From the NCBI GenBank assembly GCA_963817855.1, contig CAWFQA010000004.1, positions 369,668 to 433,667 on the forward strand: DNA of 64,000 nt, in the 5' to 3' direction. This DNA comes from an uncultured Acidobacteriota bacterium. GTDB taxonomy: Bacteria > Acidobacteriota > Terriglobia > Terriglobales > Acidobacteriaceae. Position numbers and translations under genes: made by a program. A model generated the notes under the pieces. The model had not been told where the DNA came from. It saw only the letters and a program-made list of their open reading frames with translations, and searched no databases. This document shows, one piece after another, positions 36,846-47,775 of the stretch (positions within the stretch are counted from its first letter, which is position 1; each line of letters begins with the position of its first letter).

Positions 36846-38318
36846 ATGGGAGAGTCAATGCGCCCCTGGATCCCCACCGGATGCGTAGTGCTGGTGCTTT
36901 GTCTTGTCTTTTTTGGATGTGCTGGAGGAGTCCCGTCGAATGCGGGGTCCACCCTCACCTCCTCCCCCACGCCGGTTACCGATCCAGTTACTACTCCGGT
37001 TACCAATGGCGCGGTAGTCTCCATTGTGATTAGTGATCCGGCGGCATGCAAAGCATCCGGCGGCCCTTTCACACACGTCTACGTAACCATCACGGACGTA
37101 CAGGCGAGCACGAATGCTGACGCCCCTGCGAATGACGCGAGCTTTGTGGATCTGACGCCGGGACTGTCGGCGGCGCCGCAACAAGTGGATCTGCTTGGCC
37201 AAGCCAACAGCAAATGTTTTCTGGCTTCGCTCGGCATCGGCCAAGAGGTGACAGCGGGCGACTATCGCCAGGTGCGTATCTTTCTTGCGCCGGATTCGCG
37301 AGCGTCCAGTGTTTCGAACAACGCGTGCGGAGCCTCATATTCGAATTGCCTGGTGCGGACAGACAACAGTCTGCACGATTTGGTGCTTCCGACGCCCGCG
37401 AGCGAGGGGATTGAACTGGCGTCCAATCACATCATCAACGGAAGTATCGCCTTCAACGCAGGCGATCAGCCGTACATCGATCTGAATTTCGACGTGTGTT
37501 CATCCATCCTGGCGACTGCCGACGGTCAATACGAGTTCAACCCAATCGTTCGTGCCGGCCTGATTCCTTCGTCGGGCGGCACGATCAGCGGCACGGTGGT
37601 GAGTTCGAAAACAGGGCAATCACTGTCGGGCGGCAATGTCGTGGTGGCATTGGAACAGAAGGACGGGGCGACAGGGATTGACAGAATACTGATGCGCACC
37701 GCCGCAGCTAGCGATGGCACGTTCGTTTTGTGCCCCGTGCCGCAAGGAACGTATGATCTGGTAGCGGTTGGCGTGGATGGAGCGAGTGTTTCCTATTCCG
37801 CCGGGGTGGAAACTGGAATCCAGTCCGGACAGTTGGCGGGAAAAATCCCGCTGGTGCCCGGATCGCAGCAGGGTACCCTGGAAGGTCTGATCACGACCCA
37901 GGGTACGGGAGGAAATCCGCTGGGTGTTTCGCTGGCTGTGCAGGCAGGCGCGCTGCAGCAGATTGCGACCAACGGGACCACGATCACGGTCCCGCTGTTG
38001 CCCAGACAGAGCCCGTACAACGAAGCCATGTTGACGGTGAATGGATCCGATTGCGCGCCCGGTGCGGATTGTGCGCCATTTGTCATGCAGCTGCCGACAT
38101 CGACGCCGAATGTAGTTGCCTGCTCCGAGCAAACCGCGCAGTTCAAGCAGAAGGGGAGCACACCTGGATATACCGCAGAGTCAGTCGCGGCAATCACCGG
38201 AACGGGCAGTGCAGCTGCGTGTTCGGCTGCGAGTCTGCAGGCGCCGGATGGACCTGTAGCGGTTGGTGCTGGGGAAACTGTGATGGCCTCGCCAATCAGT
38301 TTTACGCGGTGTCAGTAG
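36846..38318 (+). CDS. DUF4382-type lipoprotein with a carboxypeptidase-regulatory-like middle domain
   Basis: Lipobox LVFFGC. HVYVTITDVQAS...QVDLLGQ...AGDYRQVRIFL is DUF4382-like. GTISGTVVSSKTGQSLSGGNVVVAL is CarboxypepD_reg-like. The start could be the ATG at 36858, which has a better RBS. Confidence 0.75.
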   Translation: MGESMRPWIPTGCVVLVLCLVFFGCAGGVPSNAGSTLTSSPTPVTDPVTTPVTNGAVVSIVISDPAACKASGGPFTHVYVTITDVQASTNADAPANDASFVDLTPGLSAAPQQVDLLGQANSKCFLASLGIGQEVTAGDYRQVRIFLAPDSRASSVSNNACGASYSNCLVRTDNSLHDLVLPTPASEGIELASNHIINGSIAFNAGDQPYIDLNFDVCSSILATADGQYEFNPIVRAGLIPSSGGTISGTVVSSKTGQSLSGGNVVVALEQKDGATGIDRILMRTAAASDGTFVLCPVPQGTYDLVAVGVDGASVSYSAGVETGIQSGQLAGKIPLVPGSQQGTLEGLITTQGTGGNPLGVSLAVQAGALQQIATNGTTITVPLLPRQSPYNEAMLTVNGSDCAPGADCAPFVMQLPTSTPNVVACSEQTAQFKQKGSTPGYTAESVAAITGTGSAAACSAASLQAPDGPVAVGAGETVMASPISFTRCQ

Positions 38319-38462
38319 GATCTGGTCGAAAAAGTCGGAATGACATTTTAAGCGGGGTGCAATGGAGTGAGGACCGGGAATTAGCCGTCTGGCTTCGAAC
38401 GCGACGGAGTAAGGACAACCCGGGGTACCGCAATTTCATCTTCTACCTAGAAGGAAGGTGGA

Positions 38463-38654
38463 ATGATGACAGATCTTCGTGAATTGAATAAAGACACTCC
38501 GGCAACAGGGAAAAACGGTCCTGGATCGGCAAGCGATGACCCGGCGCAGACGCATCGTCGAGTGGAACGTGAGGCTGACAAGGCAGCGGAGCGCGGGATA
38601 GATCGGCAGCGGAATGACGACGAAGGTGAATTCAGCAACATCGGTCCCGTATAG
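38463..38654 (+). CDS. Small hydrophilic hypothetical protein (63 aa)
   Basis: Strong RBS (AGGAAGGTGG) just upstream of ATGATG. The product is charged and probably disordered. No family recognised. Confidence 0.4.
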   Translation: MMTDLRELNKDTPATGKNGPGSASDDPAQTHRRVEREADKAAERGIDRQRNDDEGEFSNIGPV

Positions 38655-38731
38655 ACGCCTTGTTTGAAGATTTGGAGAAATATAACGGCAGGATCAGTCG
38701 TTATCGCTGATCAGGCGACAGCCCTCCCCAG

Positions 38732-38774
38732 TCTCGCATGGGTCTCTCGAGTCACCCGAGAGACCCATGCGAGA
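38732..38774. repeat. Perfect 18-bp inverted repeat with a 7-nt loop
   Basis: TCTCGCATGGGTCTCTCG-agtcacc-CGAGAGACCCATGCGAGA, followed on the plus strand by TTTCCCATTT. Confidence 0.9.
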
Positions 38775-39123
38775 TTTCCCATTTGAGCAACCGAAACTCC
38801 TACTTGTCGGGCAGGCGACAAATTTCGCTCCAAGAAAGCTGTGGGTCGGTCGAGGATGCGCAGAACCGGCCGCCTTCCTTGACTGCGGCCCCATTGCGCT
38901 CCAATAATAGAAGCTGACTCTTCCATGTCCCTTCCTGCCAGTTGATGGGCGGTTTCTTCGTAGACTGCATAGACTTCCGTGTGGATTCCACGATTGAACC
39001 GGTAGCGCAGCACGCGCATCGAATCCACCGCCTCGAGCATCAGGATAGGGTGGACAAAGCATTCTCATCCAAACGCAGGGTCTGGAGATTCATGAGCTAC
39101 TTCGACAAGATTAGGAAAATTTC

Positions 39124-39822
39124 ATGAGCGCAACGATCAGTGCGCAGGTTCGCCCGCGAAGAAATCGTGCGGTCACATTCTGGCAATCCACGAATGGGAA
39201 GAAAGTAGTCATGGCGATCACCGGCGCCCTGATGTTTTTGTTCGTGATTGGCCATCTGCTCGGGAACCTGCAGGTATTTGAAGGGCAAGAGAAAATCAAC
39301 GCCTACAGCCACTTTCTGCACAGCATTGGCGAAGTGCTATGGATTGTCCGCGGTGTGCTGATCATTGCGATCCTGCTGCACATTACCGCGACAGTGCAGT
39401 TGGCATTGCGGAATAAGAGGGCGCGACCGATCGGCTACTCCCGCAAAGAGGCCATCAATTCTTCGTATGCTTCGCGAACCATGTACTGGAGCGGACCCAT
39501 CGTTCTGGCGTTCATCATCTTCCATTTGCTGCAGTTTACCGCCGGATATATTCATCCCGAGGCACAGTTCATTGAAGGCGATGTCTACCATAACATGGTC
39601 TCTGGCTTTCAGGTCTGGTGGGTTTCGGCGTGGTACATCTTCGCCATTACACTCCTGGGTTTCCATCTGCGCCACGGCATTTGGAGCATGTTTCAGTCGG
39701 TGGGAATCGCCCATCCTCGTCACACGCAGACCCTGAAACGCGCTGCGCTCTTGATTGCAACTCTGATTGTCCTGGGATACATAGCGATCCCGATTAGCAT
39801 TCTGCTTGGCCTCGTGAGATAA
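39124..39822 (+). CDS. sdhC: Succinate dehydrogenase cytochrome b558 subunit
   Basis: Single 232-aa, five-helix membrane anchor ([31 protein letters not shown]...) directly upstream of sdhA. This is the Bacillus-type organisation without sdhD. Confidence 0.9.
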   Translation: MSATISAQVRPRRNRAVTFWQSTNGKKVVMAITGALMFLFVIGHLLGNLQVFEGQEKINAYSHFLHSIGEVLWIVRGVLIIAILLHITATVQLALRNKRARPIGYSRKEAINSSYASRTMYWSGPIVLAFIIFHLLQFTAGYIHPEAQFIEGDVYHNMVSGFQVWWVSAWYIFAITLLGFHLRHGIWSMFQSVGIAHPRHTQTLKRAALLIATLIVLGYIAIPISILLGLVR

Positions 39823-39823
39823 C

Positions 39824-41737
39824 ATGACACTCGACGCAAGAATCCCTTCCGGTCCGATTGAACAACAATGGGCCAAGGCCCGCTTCGAGATGAAGCTGGT
39901 GAATCCTGCCAACAAGCGCAAGCATTCCCTGATCGTGGTCGGCTCCGGCCTGGCGGGAGCTTCCGCATCGGCGTCCCTCGGCGAGCTGGGCTACAACGTC
40001 AAATGCTTCTGCTTTCAGGACTCGCCTCGTCGCGCGCACTCTATCGCGGCGCAGGGCGGCATCAACGCGGCAAAAAATTATCCCAACGATGGCGAGAGCA
40101 TTCACCGTCTTTTCTACGACACGGTGAAGGGCGGAGATTTTCGCGCACGCGAAGCCAATATCTATCGGCTGGCGGAAATCAGCAACCACATCATTGATCA
40201 GTGTGTGGCCCAGGGTGTTCCGTTTGCACGGGAATACGGTGGAACGCTGACGAATCGCTCCTTTGGCGGCGCGCAGGTGTCGCGTACTTTCTACGCGCGC
40301 GGCCAGACAGGGCAACAACTTCTTCTCGGCGCGTATCAGGCGCTGGAACGCCAGGTGCATGCCGGGACCGTGACGATGATTCCGCGCGCTGAAATGCTGG
40401 ATCTGATCGTGGTTGACGGGCGAGCGCGGGGAATTGTCACGCGCAATCTGGTGACCGGGAAATTTGACGTTCATCTGGCTGATGCTGTGATCCTGGCGAC
40501 CGGCGGCTACGGGAATGTCTATTATCTATCGACAAATGCCAAAGGCTCGAATGCCACCGCTATATGGCGCGCTTACAAGCGTGGTGCGCTGTTCGCCAAC
40601 CCCTGCTTTACACAGATCCATCCCACCTGCATCCCCGTGTCTGGTGAGTACCAATCGAAGTTGACGCTGATGAGCGAGTCACTGCGCAACGACGGTCGCA
40701 TCTGGGTGCCGAAGATGAAGGGTGACAAGCGCCCACCGAACGAAATTCCAGAAGGTGAGCGCGATTATTACCTGGAGCGCCGTTATCCCAGCTTCGGCAA
40801 CCTGGTGCCGCGCGATGTCGCTTCTCGCAATGCGAAAGCGGTTTGCGATGAGGGCCGCGGGGTAGGGAAGAGTGGGCTCGGCGTCTATCTGGATTTCTCC
40901 GAGGCAATCGCGCGCCTCGGTGAGAAGACAATTCGTGAACGCTACGGAAACCTGTTCGATATGTACGAGCGCATCACGGATGAGAATCCCTATAAAGTGC
41001 CGATGCGCATCTATCCGGCGATTCACTACACCATGGGCGGCCTGTGGGTGGATTATCAACTGCAAAGCAACATTCCCGGCCTATTCGTGCTGGGCGAAGC
41101 AAATTTTTCGGATCACGGGGCCAATCGCCTCGGTGCCAGCGCCCTGATGCAGGGACTTTCCGACGGCTACTTCATTATTCCGTACACCGTGGGAAATTAC
41201 CTGGCGACCAACAAGTTCGCCAAGGTGGACGAATCCCGTGCTGAAGTGCAGGGCGCTCTGAACGAAGCCCAGCAAAAGGTGGAGAAGTTGCTGGCGATCA
41301 AAGGAAAGCGCACGGTCGATTCTTTTCATCGCGAACTAGGCAAAATTGTCTGGGACTATTGTGGCATGGCGCGTACTGCAGAGGGTCTGGAGACGGCGAT
41401 TGGAAAGATTCGCGCACTTCGTGAGGAATACTGGCAGGACGTCACGGTTCCCGGCAGCGGAGATGATCTGAATCAGAGCCTCGAGAAGGCTGGCCGCGTG
41501 GCCGATTTCTTTGAGCTGGCGGAATTGATGTGCATCGATGCCCGAGACCGGAACGAGTCCTGCGGCGGCCACTTCCGCGAGGAGTATCAAACGCCGGACG
41601 GCGAAGCTCAGCGCGACGATGAGCACTATTCGTATGTTGCAGCGTGGGGCTATCGTGGTCCCGATGCATCCCCTGAACTGACGAAGGAACCCCTCGCGTT
41701 CCATTACGTTCATCCGAGCCAGAGGAGCTACAAGTAA
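39824..41737 (+). CDS. sdhA: Succinate dehydrogenase flavoprotein subunit
   Basis: [14 protein letters not shown] fold, [13 protein letters not shown] (His for covalent FAD), [11 protein letters not shown], and [11 protein letters not shown]. Confidence 0.95.
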   Translation: MTLDARIPSGPIEQQWAKARFEMKLVNPANKRKHSLIVVGSGLAGASASASLGELGYNVKCFCFQDSPRRAHSIAAQGGINAAKNYPNDGESIHRLFYDTVKGGDFRAREANIYRLAEISNHIIDQCVAQGVPFAREYGGTLTNRSFGGAQVSRTFYARGQTGQQLLLGAYQALERQVHAGTVTMIPRAEMLDLIVVDGRARGIVTRNLVTGKFDVHLADAVILATGGYGNVYYLSTNAKGSNATAIWRAYKRGALFANPCFTQIHPTCIPVSGEYQSKLTLMSESLRNDGRIWVPKMKGDKRPPNEIPEGERDYYLERRYPSFGNLVPRDVASRNAKAVCDEGRGVGKSGLGVYLDFSEAIARLGEKTIRERYGNLFDMYERITDENPYKVPMRIYPAIHYTMGGLWVDYQLQSNIPGLFVLGEANFSDHGANRLGASALMQGLSDGYFIIPYTVGNYLATNKFAKVDESRAEVQGALNEAQQKVEKLLAIKGKRTVDSFHRELGKIVWDYCGMARTAEGLETAIGKIRALREEYWQDVTVPGSGDDLNQSLEKAGRVADFFELAELMCIDARDRNESCGGHFREEYQTPDGEAQRDDEHYSYVAAWGYRGPDASPELTKEPLAFHYVHPSQRSYK

Positions 41738-42534
41738 TGAAACTGACATTGAAGATCTGGCGGCAGAAGAACTGTAAAGAGAAGGGCAAGTTTGTCACCT
41801 ACGCAGTCGACGACGTCGATCCGGAAATGTCGATGCTGGAATGTCTCGACGTGCTGAACGAATCGCTGATCGAGCGCGGCGAGGAGCCGGTGGCGTTTGA
41901 ACACGATTGCCGCGAAGGCATCTGCGGCTCCTGCGGTTTCATGATCAACGGCGTGGCCCATGGCCCGGAGCGCGCAACGACTGTGTGCCAGCTGACCATG
42001 CGACATTTCAAAGACGGCGATGAGTTGGTGATCGAACCCTGGCGTGCGCTGGCGTTTCCGCTGATTAAGGACCTGGTTGTTGACCGGCTCGCCTTCGATC
42101 ACATCATCGAGGCCGGTGGATACATCTCAGTTTCGACCGGTCACGCGCCCGATGGCAATACGCTGCTCGTTGGCAAAGAGACAGCGGATCAGGCGATGGA
42201 TGCAGCATCCTGCATTGGCTGCGGCGCCTGCGTGGCCGCCTGCCCGAATGCCTCCGCGGCGCTGTTTACCGGAGCAAAAATCGCGCACCTGGGCACTCTT
42301 CCGCAAGGTGCTCCGGAACGCGACCGTCGTGCCTTGCGGATGGTCGCGCAAATGAACGCGGAAGCGTTCGGCAATTGCACCAGCATTGGCGAGTGTACCG
42401 GCGTATGTCCAAAAGAGATTCGGTTGGACGTGATCGCCACCATGAATCGCGACTACCTTTCCGCCAGCATGAAAAAGCGTGAGGATACCGAGGTTGATAT
42501 TCCTCCAGTGGCTGAACTGACGGCAAAGAGTTAG
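41737..42534 (+). CDS. sdhB: Succinate dehydrogenase iron-sulfur subunit
   Basis: The start overlaps the sdhA stop by 1 nt (TAATG). Cys clusters [22 protein letters not shown] and [12 protein letters not shown]. Confidence 0.95.
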   Translation: MKLTLKIWRQKNCKEKGKFVTYAVDDVDPEMSMLECLDVLNESLIERGEEPVAFEHDCREGICGSCGFMINGVAHGPERATTVCQLTMRHFKDGDELVIEPWRALAFPLIKDLVVDRLAFDHIIEAGGYISVSTGHAPDGNTLLVGKETADQAMDAASCIGCGACVAACPNASAALFTGAKIAHLGTLPQGAPERDRRALRMVAQMNAEAFGNCTSIGECTGVCPKEIRLDVIATMNRDYLSASMKKREDTEVDIPPVAELTAKS

Positions 42535-42546
42535 CTTCGACCCGGC

Positions 42547-43200
42547 TTATAGATTTTTCGCTTCACGCTGGCTCGGAATCAACTGTGTCAGCAGGCGGCG
42601 CAGGGCGTGCCCGCGATGGCTGACTTTGTATTTCTCTTCCAGACTGATTTCGGCCATTGTCTGATGTAGCTCCGGGATGTAAAAAAGTGGATCGTAGCCA
42701 AAGCCTCCGCTGCCTCGCGGGGCGTCAAGAATGGTGCCTTCTACGGTGCCGTGTGCGACCGCGATGCATTCGCCGTCGCGGGCAGCCGCCAAAACGCAGC
42801 GGTAACGGGCGGTTCGTCGCGGCTGCGGAACGTCTCGCATATTTTCCAACAAGAACACATTGTTGCGCGTGTCGTCGTCGGTTCGATCGTATGGCTCCGA
42901 ATGAAGGCCTGCGTCGGCGGCGTAACGTGCGGAACGTACTCCGGGCGCGCCGTGCAATGCATCTACCTCCAAGCCGGAGTCGTCAGCCAGCACAATGGTT
43001 CCGAGCGAGTGGCGGCTGTATTCAATCGCCTTGATGCGGGCATTCTCCTCAAACGTGACGCCATCCTCGGCTGGAGGTTCGATCATCTCCATTCCTGGAA
43101 GGCGGGCAAAAGCAACATCGCGCGCATGCGGCGTGGCGGCGACTTCAAAGTCACGAAGTTTTCCGGGATTTGTTGTCGCGACGTAGAGCAGAAGTTGCAT
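42547..43200 (-). CDS. rdgB: RdgB/HAM1 non-canonical purine NTP pyrophosphatase
   Basis: VATTNPGKLRDFE, EENARIKA, GGFGYDPLF and SHRGHAL motifs. Confidence 0.9.
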   Translation of the reverse strand: MQLLLYVATTNPGKLRDFEVAATPHARDVAFARLPGMEMIEPPAEDGVTFEENARIKAIEYSRHSLGTIVLADDSGLEVDALHGAPGVRSARYAADAGLHSEPYDRTDDDTRNNVFLLENMRDVPQPRRTARYRCVLAAARDGECIAVAHGTVEGTILDAPRGSGGFGYDPLFYIPELHQTMAEISLEEKYKVSHRGHALRRLLTQLIPSQREAKNL

Positions 43201-43286
43201 TGTTGGAATCGATCAGTTGATGAACATGCGCAGGTTGACCGCACCCGGTGAAGATATTCCGATCACGCAGGGAGAAATGCGAACGT

Positions 43287-43622
43287 CTACTTGCCGGGCG
43301 CCACGGCGGCGACTTGCACTGTACTGCCTGAGACATTTCCTTTGACCACTGCGGGCGCACCGGCAAGCGCATCCAGTTCCTTTTTGACATCAGCATTGGC
43401 TTGCAGCGTATACACCTTGTTCCCGACCACCAACGCATACGGAGAGCCCATTCCGACGCATTCACGGGTACATTTTTGCGCGCTGGCCCCGGCCATCATG
43501 TGGTGTGCACCGCACATCTGATCGCTGACGATGCCGTTTAGCGTCATCGTCTGAGCGCTGGCAATGCCAGCGGACAATATGGCCACAATCGCGAGTGCGC
43601 CAGACATGTAAAAGATCTTCAT
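43287..43622 (-). CDS. Small secreted hypothetical protein
   Basis: Signal peptide (ALAIVAILSAGIASAQT). The mature part is about 85 aa with three Cys (MCGAHHMM, CTRECVG). No family recognised. Confidence 0.6.
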   Translation of the reverse strand: MKIFYMSGALAIVAILSAGIASAQTMTLNGIVSDQMCGAHHMMAGASAQKCTRECVGMGSPYALVVGNKVYTLQANADVKKELDALAGAPAVVKGNVSGSTVQVAAVAPGK

Positions 43623-43679
43623 TCGATTTCCTTTCAGATGGGGATCAATTCTGACGGAAAATACTTCCGGCCAGAACCT

Positions 43680-44420
43680 TCAGTATAGCGGCTTCGAGTC
43701 CGCGTTCGGCAGAAACGGTTGCAACGGACATCCTTCGCATCGTGGAGTTGTGCCGCAATGCCGCTTGCCCACTTCGACAATCAGCGCGTGCAGTTCGTTG
43801 GCATGGCGTGCAGTTTCTTCGGGGGTAGGACTGGCAATCGCGCCATCACCCAGGGATTGCAATTCCGCATAACGTGCGTTGGCGGCGAGAAGTTCATGCC
43901 GCGTCACCACGCGCCGCAGATATTCGTCTACTACAAATACGGGATGTTCGAGAGCGTACAGCAAGATCGCATCCGCGGTCTCCGCGCCGACGCCGGGTAA
44001 CGCCAGCAACTGTGTGCGCAGCTCCGCGGTGGGCGTCTCAGCCATTTGTTCCAGCGAGCCACTGTATTGTTCGTCCAGAAATTGCACAAACCCTTTGATG
44101 GAGGCTGCTTTTCGCCGAACAAAGCCTGAGGGTCGAATCAGCTCGCGCAGCCTTTCTTCTGGGATTCCGCGAACGCCTTCAATGCTCAGCGTGCCGGTTT
44201 CGCGCAAGTTTGCTATGGACCGCTCGACGCTGCGCCACGCGGTCGCCTGGGTTAGGAATGCGCCGATCACCACCTCAAATGCGCTCTCGGCGGGCCACCA
44301 TTTGCGAGTTCCATAGGCCTTGAGCAGCACCGCATACATTTCGCGCAATTGCTGCTCGGATCGTGACCCATCGGACGCGCGTGACGACTTGTGGTGGTGG
44401 CGGCTCACGGAGTCTTCCAT
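43680..44420 (-). CDS. Endonuclease III-related HhH-GPD base-excision repair protein
   Basis: HhH motif LLALPGVGAETADAILLYAL followed by VVDEYLRRV. C-terminal CGTTPRCEGCPL Cys cluster. Confidence 0.85.
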   Translation of the reverse strand: MEDSVSRHHHKSSRASDGSRSEQQLREMYAVLLKAYGTRKWWPAESAFEVVIGAFLTQATAWRSVERSIANLRETGTLSIEGVRGIPEERLRELIRPSGFVRRKAASIKGFVQFLDEQYSGSLEQMAETPTAELRTQLLALPGVGAETADAILLYALEHPVFVVDEYLRRVVTRHELLAANARYAELQSLGDGAIASPTPEETARHANELHALIVEVGKRHCGTTPRCEGCPLQPFLPNADSKPLY

Positions 44421-44473
44421 GTTGCTGGCAGCGTTCCAGCTCTCCTCAGTATCCTATGTCTCACAGAGGTACA

Positions 44474-44500
44474 CACGGAATGTCGTTTTGACATTCCGTG
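44474..44500. repeat. 11-bp perfect inverted repeat (hairpin or operator candidate)
   Basis: CACGGAATGTC-gtttt-GACATTCCGTG, 54 nt upstream of the EndoIII-like start, inside a 495-bp non-coding gap. Confidence 0.6.
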
Positions 44501-44915
44501 ATTCAGCAACGTGCAGATTTCACGAGCTAATCAAATTCAGAGAATTCGTGGAATGCGCCCCAAAGTGTACGTGTGGTGTACACGGGTTCGTCAGAGTCGA
44601 TGCAGGAGTTTCATCAACAGGGATTCTCCTCCCTTGAACCCGGATGGGAGTGAGCTCAGCGTGGGACAATCGCGTCGAGGGTATGTGATGTCCCTCGCGG
44701 CGCGATTAACTCGCGTTGAACTAAGACTTCACTGGCACAAAATATGGACAGGCCACCAAATGGAGATATTTCCCAGGAGAGAAAACGCGAGATCATTCGG
44801 CGAGCTGATCTCTTTGGTGAGCAGGCTCACTTGCCCGCTCTTTGATATCCGGCAGACCGCTTAATGTGATTCCCGTGCCATCGGCGGTGTTCGTTAGCTG
44901 GGGAGCGGGGCGAGC

Positions 44916-46626
44916 TTACGCCCATTTGCCCTGGCCTTCGACGACCGTGATGTAACGATCGATCGGCAAATCCGTAAGGCGTTCTGTTTTGCCGCTAGGT
45001 CGCGGCCATTTAATTTCAACCCAATCGATCTTTTCGCGCTTGCCAATACCAAGCAGTATGCGCGGATCATGGCTTGAAAGATAACTTCCGCCTCCCACTT
45101 TCATCCGGCTGCGCTTTAAGTCCTGTGCCTGGTAAGTGATCCTTGCCCCAATGGCATCCCGATTCGATTTCGTTCCGACGAGCTTGATCCCGAGCCAGTG
45201 ATTCTGCGCGCCAGCCGTGTTTCGCAACAGGACTGGCGCGCCGTCGTTGATTCCAATGAGAACATCAGTCGCCCCGTCGTTATTGAAATCTCCGATCGCC
45301 AATCCGCGCGCCGCAAGTGGCTGATTGAAGATCGGCCCGCTCTGTTTGCTGATGTTGCGGAAGCCCTTACCGGTCCATTGCAAAAGGATTGGTCGCTCTT
45401 CATACGTCACTTGTAAATGCATTTGATCGATCAAATCGTCAGGGTGTCCGTTGGCCAGGAATAGATCCAGGTTTCCGTCATTATCGAAATCGAAGAATTT
45501 CAGCCCCCAGCCACTCATGAGATAGGTGGAAGCGGCAATCCCTTCCGGGCCGGCGGTATCGTCAAAGGTCTCGTCATGATTGTTGCGGTAAAGTGAGTAA
45601 TCCTGGTAGTTAAGATTGGCAACAAAAAGATCCATAAAGCCGTCTTGATCCACGTCCGCGGAGTCCACGCCCATTCCTGAACGTGCCAGCCCATCGGCAC
45701 TATAAGCGACACCGGCAATTTCTCCGATTTCTTCAAACTTCCCGTTTCCACGATTCATGAAAAGGAAGTTCGGGACTGTGTCATTCGAAACGAAGAGATC
45801 CATCCGTCCGTCATTGTTAATATCCGTCGCAACCACACCCCAGGCTTTTCCCAAATGACTGGCGATGCCGGATTCTTTGCTGACGTCCGTAAAGGTGCCA
45901 TCACCATTGTTGTGAAAAAGCCAGCTCGCCATAGGCGCATAAGCCTTAGGAATGCAATAGTGGCGAAGGCCATCGTCGTGGATTCCACAGGGCTTGTTCA
46001 GTTCTTTGCTGAAATCAGCAAATCGCGCGACAAAAAGATCTAAACGGCCATCATTGTCATAATCGAACCAGACTGCGCCGGAAGCCCATCCCGGCTGCGG
46101 CGACCCCGGCTTTCGCGGTGACGTCAGTGAAGGTTCCGTCGCCGTTGTTGTGGTACAAAATGCTCCTGCCGTATTGCGTCACATACATGTCGGGTAGACC
46201 ATCTCCGTCGTAATCACCCACGGCCACGCCCTGTCCGAAGCCACCTCCGATCACTCCAGCCTTTTCCGTTACGTCCGTGAAGGTTCCATCGCGATTGTTC
46301 TTATACAGAGCGTTGCGCAACGGTTTGGTCGGGGTATAAAAATCACATTTCCCGCTGTTTACCAGATAGATGTCCATCCAGCCATCGTTGTCATAGTCGA
46401 GAAATGCGCAACCTGGTCCCGAACTCTCCGGAAGATACTTCTCAGGGGATTTCGCGGCTGTATGCACCCACCGAATCCCGCTCTTCTCGGGAGGAACCAC
46501 CTCGAAGGGAAACTGCGTCGCATCGCCTAGCGCAAATAGCGGGCGCTGCGAGAGAATCAAAGCTCCTGCGATCGACTGCGACAGGAATTCCCGCCGTGTC
46601 AATCGTGCTGTCCGAATCCGATTCAT
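44916..46626 (-). pseudogene. CRTAC1/ASPIC-UnbV family FG-GAP (VCBS) repeat protein, split by a frameshift
   Basis: Tat-like signal ([10 protein letters not shown]). Repeated DxDxDG loops ([77 protein letters not shown]). UnbV_ASPIC-like end GGSYLSSHDPRILLGIG. The frame changes near 46088-46091 (...AKAGVAAAG / [14 protein letters not shown]...). Confidence 0.8.
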
Positions 46627-46698
46627 GATTTCATTCAGCCGATATCAACTAGTCTTCGAACTCATAGAGGATGACACCAGGAAGTACATGGAGCCATG

Positions 46699-47668
46699 TT
46701 ACTGTGATCCGTCTCCCGCAGATGCGCCCGGATGAGCCCCAGAACTAAGACTTCTGTGGATAGCAAATTCTTTTTCCGCTTCCTCTTTGTGCCCAGTCCT
46801 CACCAGGGCAGTACCGAGCGCGTTGTGAATGTCTGGATTTGCAGGGGTAAGGCGCTCTGCGATGCGCAGGGGGGGGATTGCCTCTGCGTATTTCTTGTCG
46901 CCGATCAAAGAAACTCCCCATCCCAGGTAGGCCTCAGCAAAACCTGGATTGAGTTTTGCTGCCTGTGAAAAGCGAGAAATCGCTTCGCCCCAGTTCTGGT
47001 CCTCCCGGGCAAGTTCTCCTAAAATGAACTGCGCGTCCGTGTTGCTGGGATCGATCTGAAGTTCTTTCAGAAATTCCTGCTTGGCGCGTTCTTTCGCGTC
47101 CGGGCCGCCGCCCGGTTCCGATAGCAGCAGTCTACCCAGCAGAAAATGAATGCCGCGTGCGTTTGGGTCTTTGTGAAGGATTCCATTGGTATTCAAGCTC
47201 GGCGGGTTGCCACCGACCCTGTTCTTCCAGAGCCTCGGCATTTAACTTGTGCGCAGCAATGGATTGCGGCGCGGTTCTAGCCAGGTCCTGGGCCGTGCGG
47301 GTCGACAGGTCAGAGTAGGCATGGACAATTACATACAGGACGTCGGGATCCTCACCAAAATCTCGGTTGAGTGAGGTGATGAAACTGAGGGTGGCGCTTC
47401 GGTCGTCGACGGCGAGAGCGCAGCGAACTCCGAGTACGCCGGCATGCTTTCGAGTTTCTGCGGGAAGTTGAGCTGCCATCACCTTCCGCAGGGCAGAAAT
47501 GCTCTCGCGGCATTGGCCTTCTTCCGCCAGGGTAATGGCCTGCTGCGGCGAAATGTTCGCTTTGGGTGAAACCGATTTCGACTGCTGAGCGCTGGCTCCG
47601 AAGCCAGAGAAGAATAAAGCCGCCAAAACAAGAGAAACGACGCAGACCTTTTTTAATTCACTACCCAT
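46699..47668 (-). pseudogene. Secreted TPR-repeat protein, split by a frameshift
   Basis: Signal peptide plus TPR motifs. The frame changes near 47183-47190 (...LEEQGRWQPAELEYQ / GILHKDPNARGIHFLLGRLLL...). The two ORF-track pieces (47132..47668 and 46699..47241) overlap. Confidence 0.75.
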
Positions 47669-47775
47669 GTACGCAATCTGCTTTCACAACAATCCAAATT
47701 AAAAACCGGCTAAAAAGCTGATGCAGGCGTAAGCAACTTACGCCTGCATCAGAGATTATACGTTGGCTTGGTACG

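Noticed and set aside
38711-39040. 109-aa ORF considered as a ParE/RelE-type toxin, a DinB-like protein or a sigma-70 region-4 fragment
   Set aside because: I could not align it convincingly to any of these by eye. No antitoxin-sized partner is present, and its 3' end is occupied by the 18-bp palindrome. I report it only as an unexplained region.
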